This document shows, in pieces, positions 50,112 to 64,000 of a stretch of 64,000 nucleotides of DNA (position 1 is the first letter of the stretch; the number at the start of each line of letters is the position of its first letter). A model generated the notes under the pieces. That model did not search any database, was not told the origin of the DNA, and saw only the letters and a program-made list of their open reading frames with translations. The DNA comes from Lingula anatina (Eukaryota > Animalia > Brachiopoda), in contig CM120642.1 of the NCBI GenBank assembly GCA_051362555.1, positions 10,788,001 to 10,852,000 of the forward strand, in the 5' to 3' direction. The translations under genes and the position numbers were made by a program.

Positions 50112-52378
50112 TCTCTTTTTTCGCAGATCCACTCAATAAATAACAATAGTATGTTAAGACAGACAGTGGGAAATAAAATAAGAATGTGACGTTTTTATAC
50201 ATATTTGGGGATCTTGTTTCGTGACAAAATCCCATTTATCCGTACTGAAATACCATGTTACATAAATATAATCACATTTGTGGAACAGATAATTTCCGTG
50301 GGATCCAAAGCCTTCAGGTCCGGGGTGAAAATTTGGGAACGAGACGCAAAGCTTTAGGACGGCAGTCATCCCTCCCACTCTTTTTCCCTATATGAAGTTT
50401 TCTGATTCTCGGTTACGGGGTTGTATTAATTTTACAGCATGCTCAACCAGAAGCACACTTGTGCGTTCATTTTGTCACGTTTTCATTTTTTAATTTGATG
50501 TGAAAGATATCAAAAACACACTACTCATTGTTCACTCTCGTTGCAAATCAGGAAGGCGTTACTAATGTTCACTTCTTAATTATACACTTTAAAGACACAA
50601 AATCATAACTGTTGCGTACTATCACTCCCAAAACGCTAAGATAGGGAACTGTCTACCGTAATTTATAAACTGTCTCTTGAGATTATTCTTGAATTTCAAC
50701 TAGAGAACCAAATTTTAAAAAATGATACTTCGCTTGGATCTTGCAGGGAGAAGGGTCCAGGGCACGGCAGAAAGGTGTTCGATATTGATTGTCATCGCCG
50801 CAAAAATAAATAAATAAATAAATAAATAAATTTAAAAATGTGCATTATGAATTATTCCGTGCAATCATATAGTTTCATCAGGGTAACAGTTGAGAGATGT
50901 TTTCGCAATAAAAAGGTCTATTTCGTATCTCAAGACTCAGTCGGTTCGGTTCACCTGAACACTGTGTACTTCCTCCCTTAGCTAAATGATGACAGCTTAG
51001 TAATGCCAGATGAGTGGTGACATTTATTTCATGTGTAAAACATTTTCGCTGGACAGCAGAGAAAATCTAAAGAATTAGCGAGAGACATATCTGTGAATAT
51101 TTAGTAAAAAATCAATCTCTGGTCGTGGTAGAGGGTTATTTAACACCACATGCATATAGGGAGCCTATTTCACATTAGCTCAAGAGTGGAGAGAGGACAG
51201 TTTAACAGAACAGGTGTAAGGATGTAGACTTGGATTAAGCTAGCCCTAGTGTCGGTCTGAATAAAAAAATTCAGAATTGCAGTGCACATAAGAATTCCAG
51301 GGTTCTTACTTTTTGTACTAGTTTTAGCGGAATTGAAGACGATACACATTTTGCTTTTTATAATATTACAACATCCGTTTAATTTAAGTAACACACTATG
51401 TACGTAAATTGAGATACAAATTAATATTTAAAATACAAATTGTCCCAACCATTTTATAATATCATCTTTAGGTATAAATCTGTATAAAAAACATAATCAA
51501 CCTACTTAACTGTCACATTTTGGTATTTATATGTATAAATCTGTACCTTCCATTGAAGAGGCCCTGTCTCCCTATCCAGCAGTATGCGAGTGAGTGGTTC
51601 AGTGAGTATATACATGTAACCACAGATTATGCCGACTGACCTCTTAGTCTGCACATCATGAAAAATAGAAAATTGACGAAAAAAATCTAGGAATCCAGTC
51701 CAGATCACTCATCATTCTAACGTGATATAAGTGTCAAGTAACTGATTATATATTTTGATTATAATAATGTCTGAATATCAATCTTCGTGTAAAAATATTA
51801 TTGTTGTACATGTAGTTTAAACAAAATTTTAAAAATGAAAATTGTGACTCTTCTTACGTATTGCGTCCTTTTCATCGTGATGCGCAATTGATCCGACTTC
51901 AGATAAAACTTGGTCTAAAACGTCGATCTTGTACATATGTATTGTCACTGACTCATATTTTTGAGACTGGTTTCGATTTAGCAGTCTTGAAAGTATGTTT
52001 CCTTTTAAAAGTAGTGAGCAAATAATTGCGGTATAAAAAAAAAAAATTGATAAAATCAAAAGTAATTGATGCACCTCTTCTATGAGGTAGACATCCACAT
52101 TTAAAGGCCCTATATGCTCGATTTTAACGTCCTTGTCATTCGTCTAGCGGTTAGTCTGAATCTCTTGATTCCTATAGTGTAGATGATTGGAATCACATAT
52201 ACAGTCACCACAATCGGCACGATGCAAACGCCAAACTCAACTGTAGCATTCCTGTATATTCAAGTAACAATCACAAACACGAACTACATACATGCTTGTT
52301 TATAGGTTTAGGAATGACACATGAAATACATTCATCTGATGTAAGTCCAATTTTCAAAGACAACACCAACATTATAAT

Positions 52379-54433
52379 TTATATGTCTAAAATAGATTGT
52401 GCCGCGACGTCGAAATTGGCGTGGGGTCCATGGAGGCGGTATTGCGCAGGCGTCACTGGACCAAACATGAGTTTTTTTACCAAACTTGGATTTGTGACAA
52501 GAAGCTTCCACGTTTGGGGCTTGACTCCTAATAACTGCGCCAATTCCTCATAGTAGAAATACACAAATTCCTAGAAAAAACGGGACACACTTTTTAGCAT
52601 AGTTTTATCTTTGAATTTATTATAGCGTTATTTTTGACTGAGGCAGAAATTTGTGTCTAAATATCGGATTTTATATTAAATAATTCTGAAAAATCTGTAA
52701 GATCTTTTACTGTACCATGCATCATTTTAATGAATAAAGATTTTGACCCAATTAATCGGTAAGTTGTCTTTTATTGTTTGTTTTAAAGATGAAAAAAGAC
52801 TAATGGCTGGGTTACCTTTGGTACGGTGCAATTCCCCCACTGGTTTATTATCTCAGATTTTTTCTCTGCTACGTCTCGTTTCATGTGGGATGCGCTTGGG
52901 AGCTTTAAGTTTCCAGAAAACACGCGAGCGGCGACACGTGCTTGAAGTTCGGACGTGGGAAGAACGGAGCCTAACACCCGTAGGTAGTTGATGCACACAA
53001 GGGTTTGATGTTTGATGTTTACGGGGAAAATATGTTTGTACATCTCCATTTCTGCTGAGTTTTCTGAAAAAAAGAAAGACATGAATGTTATGACAGGTAA
53101 AGAGTATCTGTGTAAGAATGAATCTTTCTGTCTATCTGTCTAAAATGATAATTGGATTCAAGCAAACATTCTGAATTAGCAACTTTCAGAATGATTTTAT
53201 GCAAGTTACATATCTCGACCAGATTTACCTGGAAGCACTTGAGTGTCTTTAATGAAGGCACACTTTAGTCTGTATCCAGTAGCAAATATAACAGCGTCTA
53301 AGTCTTCTATGCTGGTTCCGTCCGTGAATGTCACACCACTTGAAGTGAACTTTGAAATGGAGGGCTTTGCCTTAAATTGGACAAATAAAACGTTGAACGT
53401 AAAAAAACGTTGCAGATTTTTAGAAGAAAACTTTAAAGGGAATTGGGGAATCTCACTTCTTACGGATAGAAGTACATGAAAATGCTTCTCAGCCTCTTTA
53501 TATAATTTTTCTTGTGTTACTTACTTTGACCTGCCCATATAGCAGCTTGTTTTGAAGCTCATCTGTTATGCACAGCGATTGACTGAGAAACCTTTTGTGA
53601 GGGTTGATGTCAAATTTCTGATAGTTGAACCGTTCTTTCAGGACATTTCCCCACGCACGAGTCCTCAATCTGATAAAAAGATGAAATGGAATCGCCAGAT
53701 TCAACAAAGATCAACCAATATTATAATAATAATAATAATTATTATTATTATTATTATTATGAAAAAGACAAATAGGTCTGTCAGTGTTTTATTCACAAAA
53801 TCTGCAACCTATAAGAGTAGGTGGTAGTATACATGTAAATATGCCTATTTCCATATAAGATATAAAACAAAGATATCTTACGCCCACGGAAGCCAGTTAA
53901 TGAGTGGTCTAGAGAAAAGCGTCATGTCCCATGGGTCTTGTCCGTCTGGAAGTCGTGGCATTATCCAAAATCCACGTCTGGTGCTTATATATGTCTGAAA
54001 ATATTAAATGTAATGTGTGATCTACCATTACTGACTGTGGAGTCTAATGAATAAGAACTAATAATTTGATGGATAATTAACTAATTAATTATCTTTGAGT
54101 TATTCTTTGTCGAATTCATTATTTACGACATCAGAAAACGCATGGATAGTAGAAATTAGACATTGAAACTCAACAGCGCAATTGTAGGCGGAGACTGTCG
54201 ACGTTAATAAATGTTTATGTGTTTTGAACTTCATTACCTCAAACCGCTGAACTTCACTTATAACTTTATTTTTTTTTATTAAGTAAATACGCACATTCTT
54301 AGCCATGCGACTTAGGTCGACGGCAATGTCTGCTGCAGAGAAAGAAGAGCCTGCAATATGAAACCAATGGGACATGACTGCATTGATACAATTGCCTGAA
54401 CAAAATCATACAAAAAAACGATTGAGAACGTAA

Positions 54434-54467
<34 letters not shown>

Positions 54468-56356
54468 AAGAAAGAAAAGAAAAGAAAGAAAGAAAGAAAG
54501 AAAGAAAGAAAAAGGAAAAAAGAAAACAAACTGTTAACACCGCCCATGGTCAAAGTAGTAAAAAACCAGAAATTGTTTGAAAATCACTAACAAATATTCC
54601 CTGAACTTGACAGAAAAAGGATGTATTTTGCGGAGCAGAGAAAAAAAGATTGCTTACCGACTACTAAAACATTCTTATCTTTGTATGGGTCGCAGTGGAA
54701 GTAGTTTCCCCCGTGTGTAACTTCCCCTTGGAACATCTCTAATCCAGGATAATGGGGCCGATTCTGCTCATTAAAGATGCCATTGCACACCATAACACAA
54801 TCAAATATCTCAGTCTTTTGGTGGCTTATTTCTGAAAAAAAAATAATGGGTATCTATCTCAAAATACGCAGCATAGATGTTAGACTATTGCCGGCGACTT
54901 TTACATAATTTTAAAATATTTTTGACGATGCAGGGAATTGTTTTAACTGGTCCATATCTATTTTAATTTTCAATTACACTAAGTCGCGAGGATACAAGTA
55001 CATAAAGATTAAATCTGGGTCTATACATTATTTTCAAACCAACTGAATCATCAATATAAATTCACGACAACATTGTCTTGTTCACCTTTTACATGTGTAT
55101 ATGTAACCTTCCACTGTCCGCTTTGAGAAAAATCGTCTGCTTTGCTGACGTCATCTACCCTCATCCCGTATTGGACATATTTCTTCAAATCAAAATGTTC
55201 CGCATAGTCTTGAATATAGCTGGTAATTTTGCGGGCAGGAATGAATGTGGGGAAATCCTGAAAAAAAAGTACCGAAATTGGGAGTTCTCATTAATATGCA
55301 TTAGTGTAATATTACTTGTTATTCTTTGAAATTCTGATGACCAAAAATGGATGTTATACAGTATGTCGTTTTATGTGAACGATTTACATTATATTCATTT
55401 CAAATGTGAAACCAGGGAAATCTTTGTTACATATTTCCCTATAAATAACAGAATCATAGAAAGGGAGAGTTGATAAAGAAAGAAAAACAACCTTTGGCAT
55501 TGGAAAGTCACTGAATTCAGTCATCTTTTTACTCGTGTTTGTAACGACTGCAGAGAACATTCTGCAAAGAGAATCATTTCTGCCAGTTTCCATATTTTCT
55601 GAAAAATGCCACTGTCCGCCTAGAAATATACGACAATAATTAAATGTAAGATGGCGCCCTGTATATTAAGATCAGTTATGGATCCACATTTCACTATCAT
55701 CTTTTCCCTTTTATTTGTGCCATTTTGTTGTTTTTTAAAATTAAATTAAAGGTAATAAAAATATATCCACTTATTTTGGAACTCTATAAATTGTGTTAAA
55801 ATTGCTATATTACAGTAGTGATTTTAAAAAAACATTTGCTTTTCCATAGTATCATCTTGCAATAACATTATGTTCTGATCGTTACGATCAATTTCACAAC
55901 CATCTTCCACAACGTTGTCAAATGAATATACAGTAGAATTTACGTCGATACAAGCAACTTGCTTTGAAAATGACGAGGAGAATGAAAGCGCGCAAACATA
56001 AGTATTTTGATTTTTGATGAAATGTCTATGGCAGTTAAAGTATCTCTTTATCTATTTAAAATACAACCGAAAACAATCTATTTTGAAATTAATTAGGATG
56101 TAGGGCCTAAAACTTTTGTTCGCTACTTTACTTACTTTATTCTTTATTTCCATTTCCTTAATGTTTTTGTCAGAATAAGAAATGCTCGGAAATTTAAAGA
56201 GTTTAAAAAGTTTCTTCTTGACTTACCTACATGGTCATGTTGCTCGAAGCAAACAGGGCGTAAACCTTCTTCCAGGCAAGACTTGATGGAAGTCAGCCCG
56301 GAGACACCTCCGCCAATAATACACACGCGTTTATGTTGACCTGTGGGCGAGGACAT
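52379..56356 (-). CDS. FMO: Flavin-containing monooxygenase (dimethylaniline monooxygenase family), 10 exons, ~499 aa
   Basis: Exons 56356-56227, 55619-55492, 55257-55086, 54831-54658, 54350-54295, 53994-53882, 53669-53525, 53370-53229, 53063-52816 and 52570-52379 join in frame (1500 nt) with GT-AG introns. Motifs: GGGVSG (FAD), [11 protein letters not shown] (FxGxxxHxxxY), [12 protein letters not shown] (NADPH), FATGY, ELQAR and PAQYRLHGP. Confidence 0.9.
54433..54520. repeat. poly(A)/(GAAA)n tract in an FMO intron
   Basis: Directly visible. Confidence 0.9.
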
Positions 56357-58258
56357 ACTGTCAATTTTCTACTGAAGATGAAGCGGTCCTCGAGTTTTAT
56401 CATAAAAAGTGTCGTTGCAATATTTCAGTCTGAACGACTGAAGTTCCCTTTTGCAAATGAAGGCGGAACGAAAAGTTTCTTTAAAGTTGCATAAGGCTAC
56501 GTTTTGCAAGTACAAATGTGTCGAGTCATCAGTACTTCAGGAATTTAATTAAGTCTGTATGATCTATTTATAGCCCAGTGACAAAACTAATAGGTGGTTT
56601 GACATGATTTTAAAAAAATGCAATTCACGGGATATGTTAATCTAAGCCGACAGTATACATCTAAAGATCTAATCTTTGTTTAAATATTTTCAAAACACCG
56701 TAATATTTCGCTCTTCTTCCGGGAGGATTATTCACTAATACATTAATTTATCTTTCTGTGTAGTTCCGCCAGCTGTCAAAAACCGTTTCGAGATTGTTAT
56801 TCAAATGTAAGCCACAAACACTTTTATTTGTGGAACATTAAAAGGATGGGCAGTTTTAAGGTTGATAGAGGTAAAAAAAAAAAACAGTTTTTAAATATCT
56901 TTCGATTTGAACGCGTTAAAGCGAACCGAGGCACTTTTAAGCAATGAACAGCATATCATGAATAAATTAAGAATGTAATGAAATACGTAAATCAAACACA
57001 TAATATACAGACGCCTTTGCAAAACAATAATATATATATATAAAACTAAATAATAAAATTAATAAGACAGGGCTTATGTTCGGGGTGGGGGCACAAATAA
57101 CCCAAAGTCGTTGTGACTTGAAAACTATAACATCCGAGTTCGCTTTTTGCAACGTAATTTAAGCGCCATTTAAAAGCGTTTAAACGTTTTAATCAGTCGC
57201 CAAAATCGATGTTTTACAGTACAATACAAAATATGTCTGTGAGCCTTTGATATACAGCATGTGAGTATGGAAAAAAGAAATTGGTTTTAGAATATACTAA
57301 AACCTCGTATACCCGGAAACAGTGGCCTGACTATATTATCCCTAAAAAAGTCCAGTTGATAATTTTAAATGGGTGTGCCGTAATAAGCAGTTCTTGAGAA
57401 CGTCAACAACATGACTCAGTCGTTTTCTTTTTCACAATCTAATTTGCACTGACGAAAACAAATGTATTTGCTGATCTAGTTTTTGGTGACAGGTAGGCAT
57501 GTAGTAGACACATAAACTACCTGAAAAATCCATTACACTGTCCATCAACCACAAAGTTCTAAAAACTGATGATTCTTACAAATAAACTCAAAAATGGATC
57601 AATAAATAAAGTGCTAAAAATCAATCAGTAAAAGTGCGATGAATAACTGGATAGATGTATAAAATAAATAGATACAACAATCCAACATTAATTACCCATC
57701 TCCAAACAACCGTTTTTATTAGACAGTTTTAAGTGCTGAAAGGAACAAAAATTTGACCCTGTAAAAATTATTTGAAGTTGCCCCATTTCAATTATTCTCT
57801 TAAAAAATCCGCATCATTTGCAAAACATGCTTATAGATAAAGATTAAGTACACACACTTTTAAGTCCAGTTTTTAAATTAAAACCGCTGCATGACTGTGC
57901 ACATTTTTGTTCTCATTATCATGCATGATGTCAGTCAAATGGGTCTATAAAAAAACCAAAACCAGTACCATTTCCAAGCTCTCGCGCGTTTGGGAGGTCA
58001 TGTGGTGGTGGTGGGGGAGGGGCGGTCAAGGATACTGGAGGGGTAGAAAGATTTTTAGAAATATCGCCTTAGATAACTCTCTCTGTCTGCAATAAAAAAT
58101 TAATAAAACCCCTAAATGCGACCTTCTCCCTTCCCCAAAACAAGGATGTTGGACTACCAAGGCGAAAAATGGTAGGTTCTTCTGACATTTTCTCTCTTTT
58201 ACACTAAGTACACTCAAAATACATGTAATATGTGCACGGAGTAACTACATACACTGAC

Positions 58259-58311
58259 TTTCTTCGTCCCTATTATAACCTTTAATTTCTTCGTCCCTAT
58301 TATACCCTTTA
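58259..58311. repeat. Short tandem duplication (~27 bp x2)
   Basis: TTTCTTCGTCCCTATTATA(A/C)CCTTTA occurs twice. Confidence 0.8.
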
Positions 58312-58955
58312 CTCTTAGACCAAGTTCTGAGCTTTTCAATGTCCCGGTCTCAGTAAGCATGGGAAGGTTCACTGGATCAATATGAATGTTGGGGAATTCA
58401 ATAGCTAAGTGCCTGGATCATATTTTGTGGCTACATTTGCGACGAAGAAAGCCAGCAGGGTATTTAGTTACTCTGTTCACAAATAATTTTGAGTAGACTT
58501 CTTGCCTTTACATACGAACAAAGACCAAATGCCAAAATAACCTTCCTACTCAAACGTTTTGACAATTTTAATTTTAGTTCCATTTTTGTTATATATGTTT
58601 CATTATAATTTAAAACCTATATATAATGATAACCAGAATTCTGTGCATAATGCGCAACATGAAATCCTATTCTATGGGAAAATCTGGTTTGGATCACGAA
58701 TTTATCATTATATTATTATTGATTTGATGGGGGATCATACTTGCGTTCACCTATCGCCCATAGTGGGGACCTCTGTTTTTCGGAAGCCTGGACCCACCTG
58801 ACACGAGTTTAATGGGCCCTAAGGTGTAAGACGTATAAACTAAAACACAGCTCTTGAGATTGTCGAAATCATTGGTACCTTATACAAAAAATACGCCTGT
58901 CTGTTCGTCGGACTTCTTCACATCTTAGCGATACAGCTGTCTCACTATGATTTAA

Positions 58956-59211
58956 GACCCCATTCCCATACCTAGATCGATCTAGCAGGATTGACCCATC
59001 TGCGAGTGGTTTCTCGCTAAATTGCACTCAGCTGAGGCAGCTCTGATGCCTGGCACGCCTACTGAAGCTGTTAGGGGATAATTAACTATCGTTTAGCAGC
59101 TTCAGTAGGCGTGCTAGACACCTAAGCCGCTTAAGCTGAATGTAATTTAGCGAGAATCCTCTCGGCGATAGGTCGATCTTGCTAGATCAATCTAGGTATG
59201 GGAATGAAGTC
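58956..59211. mobile_element. Fold-back MITE (PIF/Harbinger-like), copy 2, with TAA target-site duplication
   Basis: TAA|GACCCCATTCCCATACCTAGATCGATCTAGCAGGAT ... ATCTTGCTAGATCAATCTAGGTATGGGAATGAAGTC|TAA. Homologous to 30535-30797. Confidence 0.8.
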
Positions 59212-59475
59212 TAAGAGTTTGACAGCCTGGTTGACCCGTTTGAGTCACCTAAACAGAGCCCAGCGCTCGACACGGTCATTTAACCGACTTTCGCTTAAAC
59301 AGCATTTTTGGGTTGAGACTAAGAGCCATCTTGGATCCAAAGTTGAGACAAGGAGTTATAACTCTGTTATAACTCCTTGGTTGAGATAAAGACCAGGACA
59401 CGGTTCTTGAACCTGTCGTTATGATTGATAATTAATTAAATACAAAGCAGTGCCGCTGAGATATGTGCAAGGAAA

Positions 59476-61777
59476 ACCACATACATTTAGGGGGCCTATT
59501 TCACATTAGCTTTGAGTGGAGAGAAGACAGTTAAACTGAACAGGTGTAAGGATGTAGTCTTGGATTAAGCTAGCCCTAGTGTCGGTCTGAATAACAAAAT
59601 TCAGAATTGCAGTGCACATAAGAATTCCAGGGTTCTTACTTTTTGCACTAGTTTTAGCGGAATATTCTTGAGAATTGAAGACGATACACATTTTTATTTT
59701 TATTTTATTACAACATCCGTTTAATTTAATTAACACGCTATGTACGTAAATTGTGATACAAATTAATATTTAAAATACAAATTGTCCGAACCATCATCTT
59801 TAGGTATAGATCTGCATAAAAATGTAATCAATTTACTTAAATGTTACATTTCGGTATTTATATGTATAAATCTTCCCCTTCCATTGAAGAGGCCCTGTCC
59901 CCCGACCCAGCAGTATGAGAGTATGTGGTTCAGTGAGTATATACCTGTAACCACAGGTTATGCTGACTCACTCTTAGTCTGCACATCATGAAAAATAGAA
60001 AATTGACGAAAAATTCTTGGAATCCATTCCAGATCTCTCATCATTTTTACGTGATATGGCAAAGTGTATACTTAGACACTGACATATAAACAGACACATT
60101 TTAAACGACCCTATATCGTATTGACACGAATCACAGGTCAAACAAAATACCTGATTATGTATTTTGATTATAATAATGTCTGAATATCAATCTTCGCGTA
60201 AAAATATTTTGAATCATTATTGTAGTTTTAGCAAAATTTAAAAACGAGAATCGTGACTCTTCCTAATCATTGTGTCCTTTTCATCGTGATGCGCAATTGA
60301 TACTATAGTTAAATTTTAGTATAAAACGTCGATCTTGTACATATGTATTGCCAATGAATCACATTTTCTAGACTGGCTTCGATCTAGCAGTCTAGAAAGT
60401 ATGTTTTCTTTAATTAGTGGGCAAATAACTGCAACATATAAAAAGCTTGGATAAAAAATAATTGATGCACCTCTTCTGTGAGGTAGACATCTACATAAAA
60501 AGGCCCTAAATGCTCGATTTTAGCGTCGCTGTACTTCATCTAGCGGTTAGTCTGAATCTCTTGATTCCTTTAGTAGTAGATGATATGGATTAAATATACA
60601 GTCACCACAATCGGCACGATGCAAACGCCAAACTCAACTATAGCATTCCTGTATATTCAAGTAACAATCACAAACACGAACTACATACATGCTTGCTTAT
60701 AGGTTTAGGAATGACACATGAAATGCATTCATCTGATGTAAGTCCAAATTTCAAAGACAACACCAACATTATAATTTATGTGTCTAAAATAGATTGTGCC
60801 GCGACGTCAAAATTGGCGTGGGGTCCATGGAGGCGGTATTGCGCAGGCGTCACTGGACCAAACATGAGTTTTTTTACCAAACTTGGATTTGTGACAAGAA
60901 GCTTCCACGTTTGGGGCTTGACTCCTAATAACTGCGCCAATTCCTCATAGTAGAAATACACAAATTCCTAGAAAAAAACGGGACACACTTTTTAGCATAG
61001 TTTTATCTTTGAATTTACTATAGCGTTATTTTTGACTGAGGCAGAAGTTTGTTTCTAAATATCGGGTTTTATATTAAATAATTTTGAAAAATCTGTAAGA
61101 TCTTTTACTGTACCATGCATCATGTGAATGAATAAAGATTACTGATACGTGCATAATTTCCAAATTAAAGATTTTGACCCGAATTAATCTGTTACATGTA
61201 GTTGTCTTTTTGTTGTTTGTTTTAAAGATGAAAAAAGAATAATGTCTGGGTTACCTTTGGTACGGTGCAATTCCCCCACTGGTTTATTATCTCAGATTTC
61301 TTCTCCGCTACGTCTCGTTTCATGTGGGATGCTCTTGGGAGCTTTAAGTTCCCAGAAAACACGCGAGCGGCGACACGTGCTTGAAGTTCGGACGTGGGAA
61401 GAACGGAGCCTAACACCCGTAGATAGTTGATGCACACAAGGGTTTGATGTTTGATGTTTACGGGGAAAATATGTTTGTACATCTCCATTTCTGCTGAATT
61501 TTCTGGAAAAAGAAGATAAATATAATGATAGATAAAGGGAATTTGTGTAAGAGTGATTCTTTCTGTCTGTCTGTCTGCCTTAAATGATAATGGGATTCAA
61601 TCATAATTATTTTGATTAATTTTAAAAGATAAGGGTATTTTGTTCTCTCAGCAACTTTCAGAGGTATTATATGCAAATTACATATCTCGACCAGTTTTAC
61701 CTGGAAGCACTTGACTATCTTTAATGAAGGCGCACTTTAGTCTGTATCCAGTAGCAAATATAACAGCGTCTACGTCT
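59476..61777. repeat. Segmental duplicate of ~51145-53305 (FMO 3' end and downstream flank)
   Basis: Collinear, highly similar exon, intron and flank sequence with small indels. Confidence 0.9.
60776..61777 (-). pseudogene. 5'-truncated or interrupted FMO paralogue (partial exon 8, exons 9-10)
   Basis: Exons 61502-61255 and 60967-60776 are intact and near-identical to the full FMO. Similarity stops abruptly inside exon 8 at ~61777, an in-frame TGA lies just upstream, and no earlier FMO exons are seen in the rest of the window. Confidence 0.7.
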
Positions 61778-64000
61778 GTAAAGCCTCTCTTCTGGTCCTC
61801 AAATCAAGTTCGGTCCCTTGGTTCTAAACTGTTTACCAGAGGCTCTGTTCTGGTCCTACACCTGTTAATGTCCATCATGACGTGTTCTAACGTGTTCCCC
61901 AAACGTGTCCTTGGCTGGCTCTCTTTTGGGCCCCAAACTTTTTCTGCGGTATAGTCTTCATTTGGAAACCTGCCAGTATGACTTTCGGGGGTGGGGAGGG
62001 GATTAATTACTTGCAGTTAAGCAACTCAGCTAACGGTCGTTTGGTTCATTCGCGAGATCAACGGACTACCTGGCTATTATTTCACAGCATAAATGGAAAT
62101 ATATAAATTGCAGAGTAACCTTGTGTCGCAAGGATACTACTTATAGTTATTTATTCCCTTCATGCTCCCTCTTCCTCTCCCCCCCCCCCCCTCCCCGGGT
62201 ACTTGTAATTGATACTCCGTATCTTGATTAATGTGGAAGAATTGAAAGATGAAAAGAGCGCCCAGACGTGCTTTTGACAGGTCAGGTCACGAAGTAACGG
62301 ATACGGCATCTCAGGCCATAAAATGTGGCTTCACAGGACAGTGAACAAACTCGAGAAATTTCCCTCTCCGACAAAATTCCGAGCATATATGGTAACCCTG
62401 CTTCCTATATGTCTTTACAACAATTCAGTATCATTATACTGAATTCTATTACTGTTCTATTAATAATGTTGTATTTAACCATTTAATAAAATTTAATATT
62501 TGAAGAAAATTTTATTGCAGGATTTTACAATATCACTACTTTGCACCATTGCTATTATATGGCGCAGAGTACAGGTTCCAAACAGGTATACCTGCAAACA
62601 GTAAAATTGTTTGATATTAATAAAAATATAAACAATAATGTTGATCATAATAAGTAAACCACTCAGCAGTCTAACTGGCTACGGTTAATTGCCAAGATGT
62701 GTTTAGTTTATAACACTCTCCCCTAGTTCGGGACATTTACAGAATGTCTTGACCTCTCTCTCCCTCGTCATAAATCAAAGTTTCTGACATTTATCATTAG
62801 TATTTAAATTCAGGATATTTACAGAAATGTGTGAACATGATATTAATTCGAGAAAGGGTATTTTATAGTATTTTGTAAATGTTACAAAGGAAATTACCAA
62901 AAATATATAGCTTTCCATATTGAGAAGACATGTTCCTCTACTCCCCCTCTCCAGATTTCCTGGCCCGAGGAGCAATATGTTTGTCCTAAGCTCTAAAGCT
63001 CTGATCGCGTTTGATAGAAACCAGATGTGGAGATAGTGAGAGTTTATTGCCCGAGCCAGACTACCGACTTTCCAATCTTACAGGTTGAAATAAGTGTGGG
63101 CAGGGGGGCTATATATCTTCTTAACCAACCAAGCTAGATAGTCACGAAACACGATAAAGTATATCAGTAAAAAGGCTCAACTTGACTTTTTTTCATTTCA
63201 GATCGTTATTTCATAACATAATAGTTGTTATGCCCTTATGCCCCCCCTCCCACCCTGAACTCTTGTAATAAATATTCATTTTTTTTCATATGAAAGATGA
63301 GAGCGTAAATTAACTTATCCAACCGCTCACGTTTTCCATTACGTTTTTATTAATGTTTCATATTACTTTTAATAACTGCTGACTGCTTTCCCTGTTAGAG
63401 GGTACAATGAAATAAACCAGTGAAAGTAATGGAACGTGTCATATATTTATTCCGATATTAATCTAAATTTTCCTGGCTCACATTTTCACTTTTTGTTGAA
63501 AGTTTTCTCACATCGAACTTAATTAATTGGGTTGGAGTGTCTACATCTGTAGCGGTGTTTTAAAGGGTCATAAAGTGACCAATTTTTGACATAGCGTTAT
63601 GCGGGACTTAGGTAACTTTTATATAAACGGAAAATAATATACTGTAGACTGATTCACAACTCTGCCTCCGGTCGACTGCAAGCCCCTTACGGACCAACCA
63701 AAATTAAATGCCCGTGTCTGGTGCGGGTGCTCTGTTTTCGTGGTTCTCTTACATAATTGTGCGGTGCTTCGTTAATCTGGCAACAAATCTCGCTACAGAT
63801 GAGATGCAAATAAAACGGTATAATGATCGACGCGAAAATGCCTTTAGTCTGTTTTGATGCTTTCCATGTACGCACATCTACTATACTGTATATGATTCAA
63901 AATTATCAACATCGGATTACTTTAAATAACCATCCAAAGATCATGTACATTACGGCGCGTACACACAATTCGTTTGATTTGTGGTTTTTAATGAACTTAA

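Noticed and set aside
52379-56356. Idea that the FMO oxidises or cross-links the Tyr-rich proteins
   Set aside because: FMOs oxygenate N/S heteroatoms of small molecules intracellularly, and this one has no signal peptide. Adjacency alone is not evidence.
59349-59379. Hairpin CAAGGAGTTATAAC-TCT-GTTATAACTCCTTG
   Set aside because: Probably the centre of another decayed palindromic repeat next to the MITE. There is no evidence for a terminator or ncRNA.

Overview
AT-rich, intron-containing eukaryotic (invertebrate animal) genomic DNA. A lophotrochozoan such as a mollusc is plausible, but the taxon cannot be fixed from the sequence. Positions 0.5-50 kb hold a tandem cluster of 13 genes for signal-peptide-bearing, low-complexity Gly/Tyr/Asn/Phe-rich secreted proteins. 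Eight of these share an ungapped ~90-residue core centred on GY-x-x-(Y/F)-x-AVS(K/Q/S)T(Y/F)N-x-V, which I do not recognise as a named domain. Most cluster genes also share three other traits: a predicted intron just downstream of the stop codon (3'-UTR intron), a Gln right after the signal peptide, and a C-terminal Gly. Embedded in the cluster is a type II membrane protein with an uninterrupted CDS and beta-mannosyltransferase (GT91)/GH130-like propeller motifs. The right end holds an intact 10-exon flavin-containing monooxygenase gene and a 5'-broken duplicate of its 3' end. MITEs, a 28-bp palindromic mini-insertion and microsatellites are scattered through introns and intergenic DNA. All exon structures were read by eye and need transcript confirmation.
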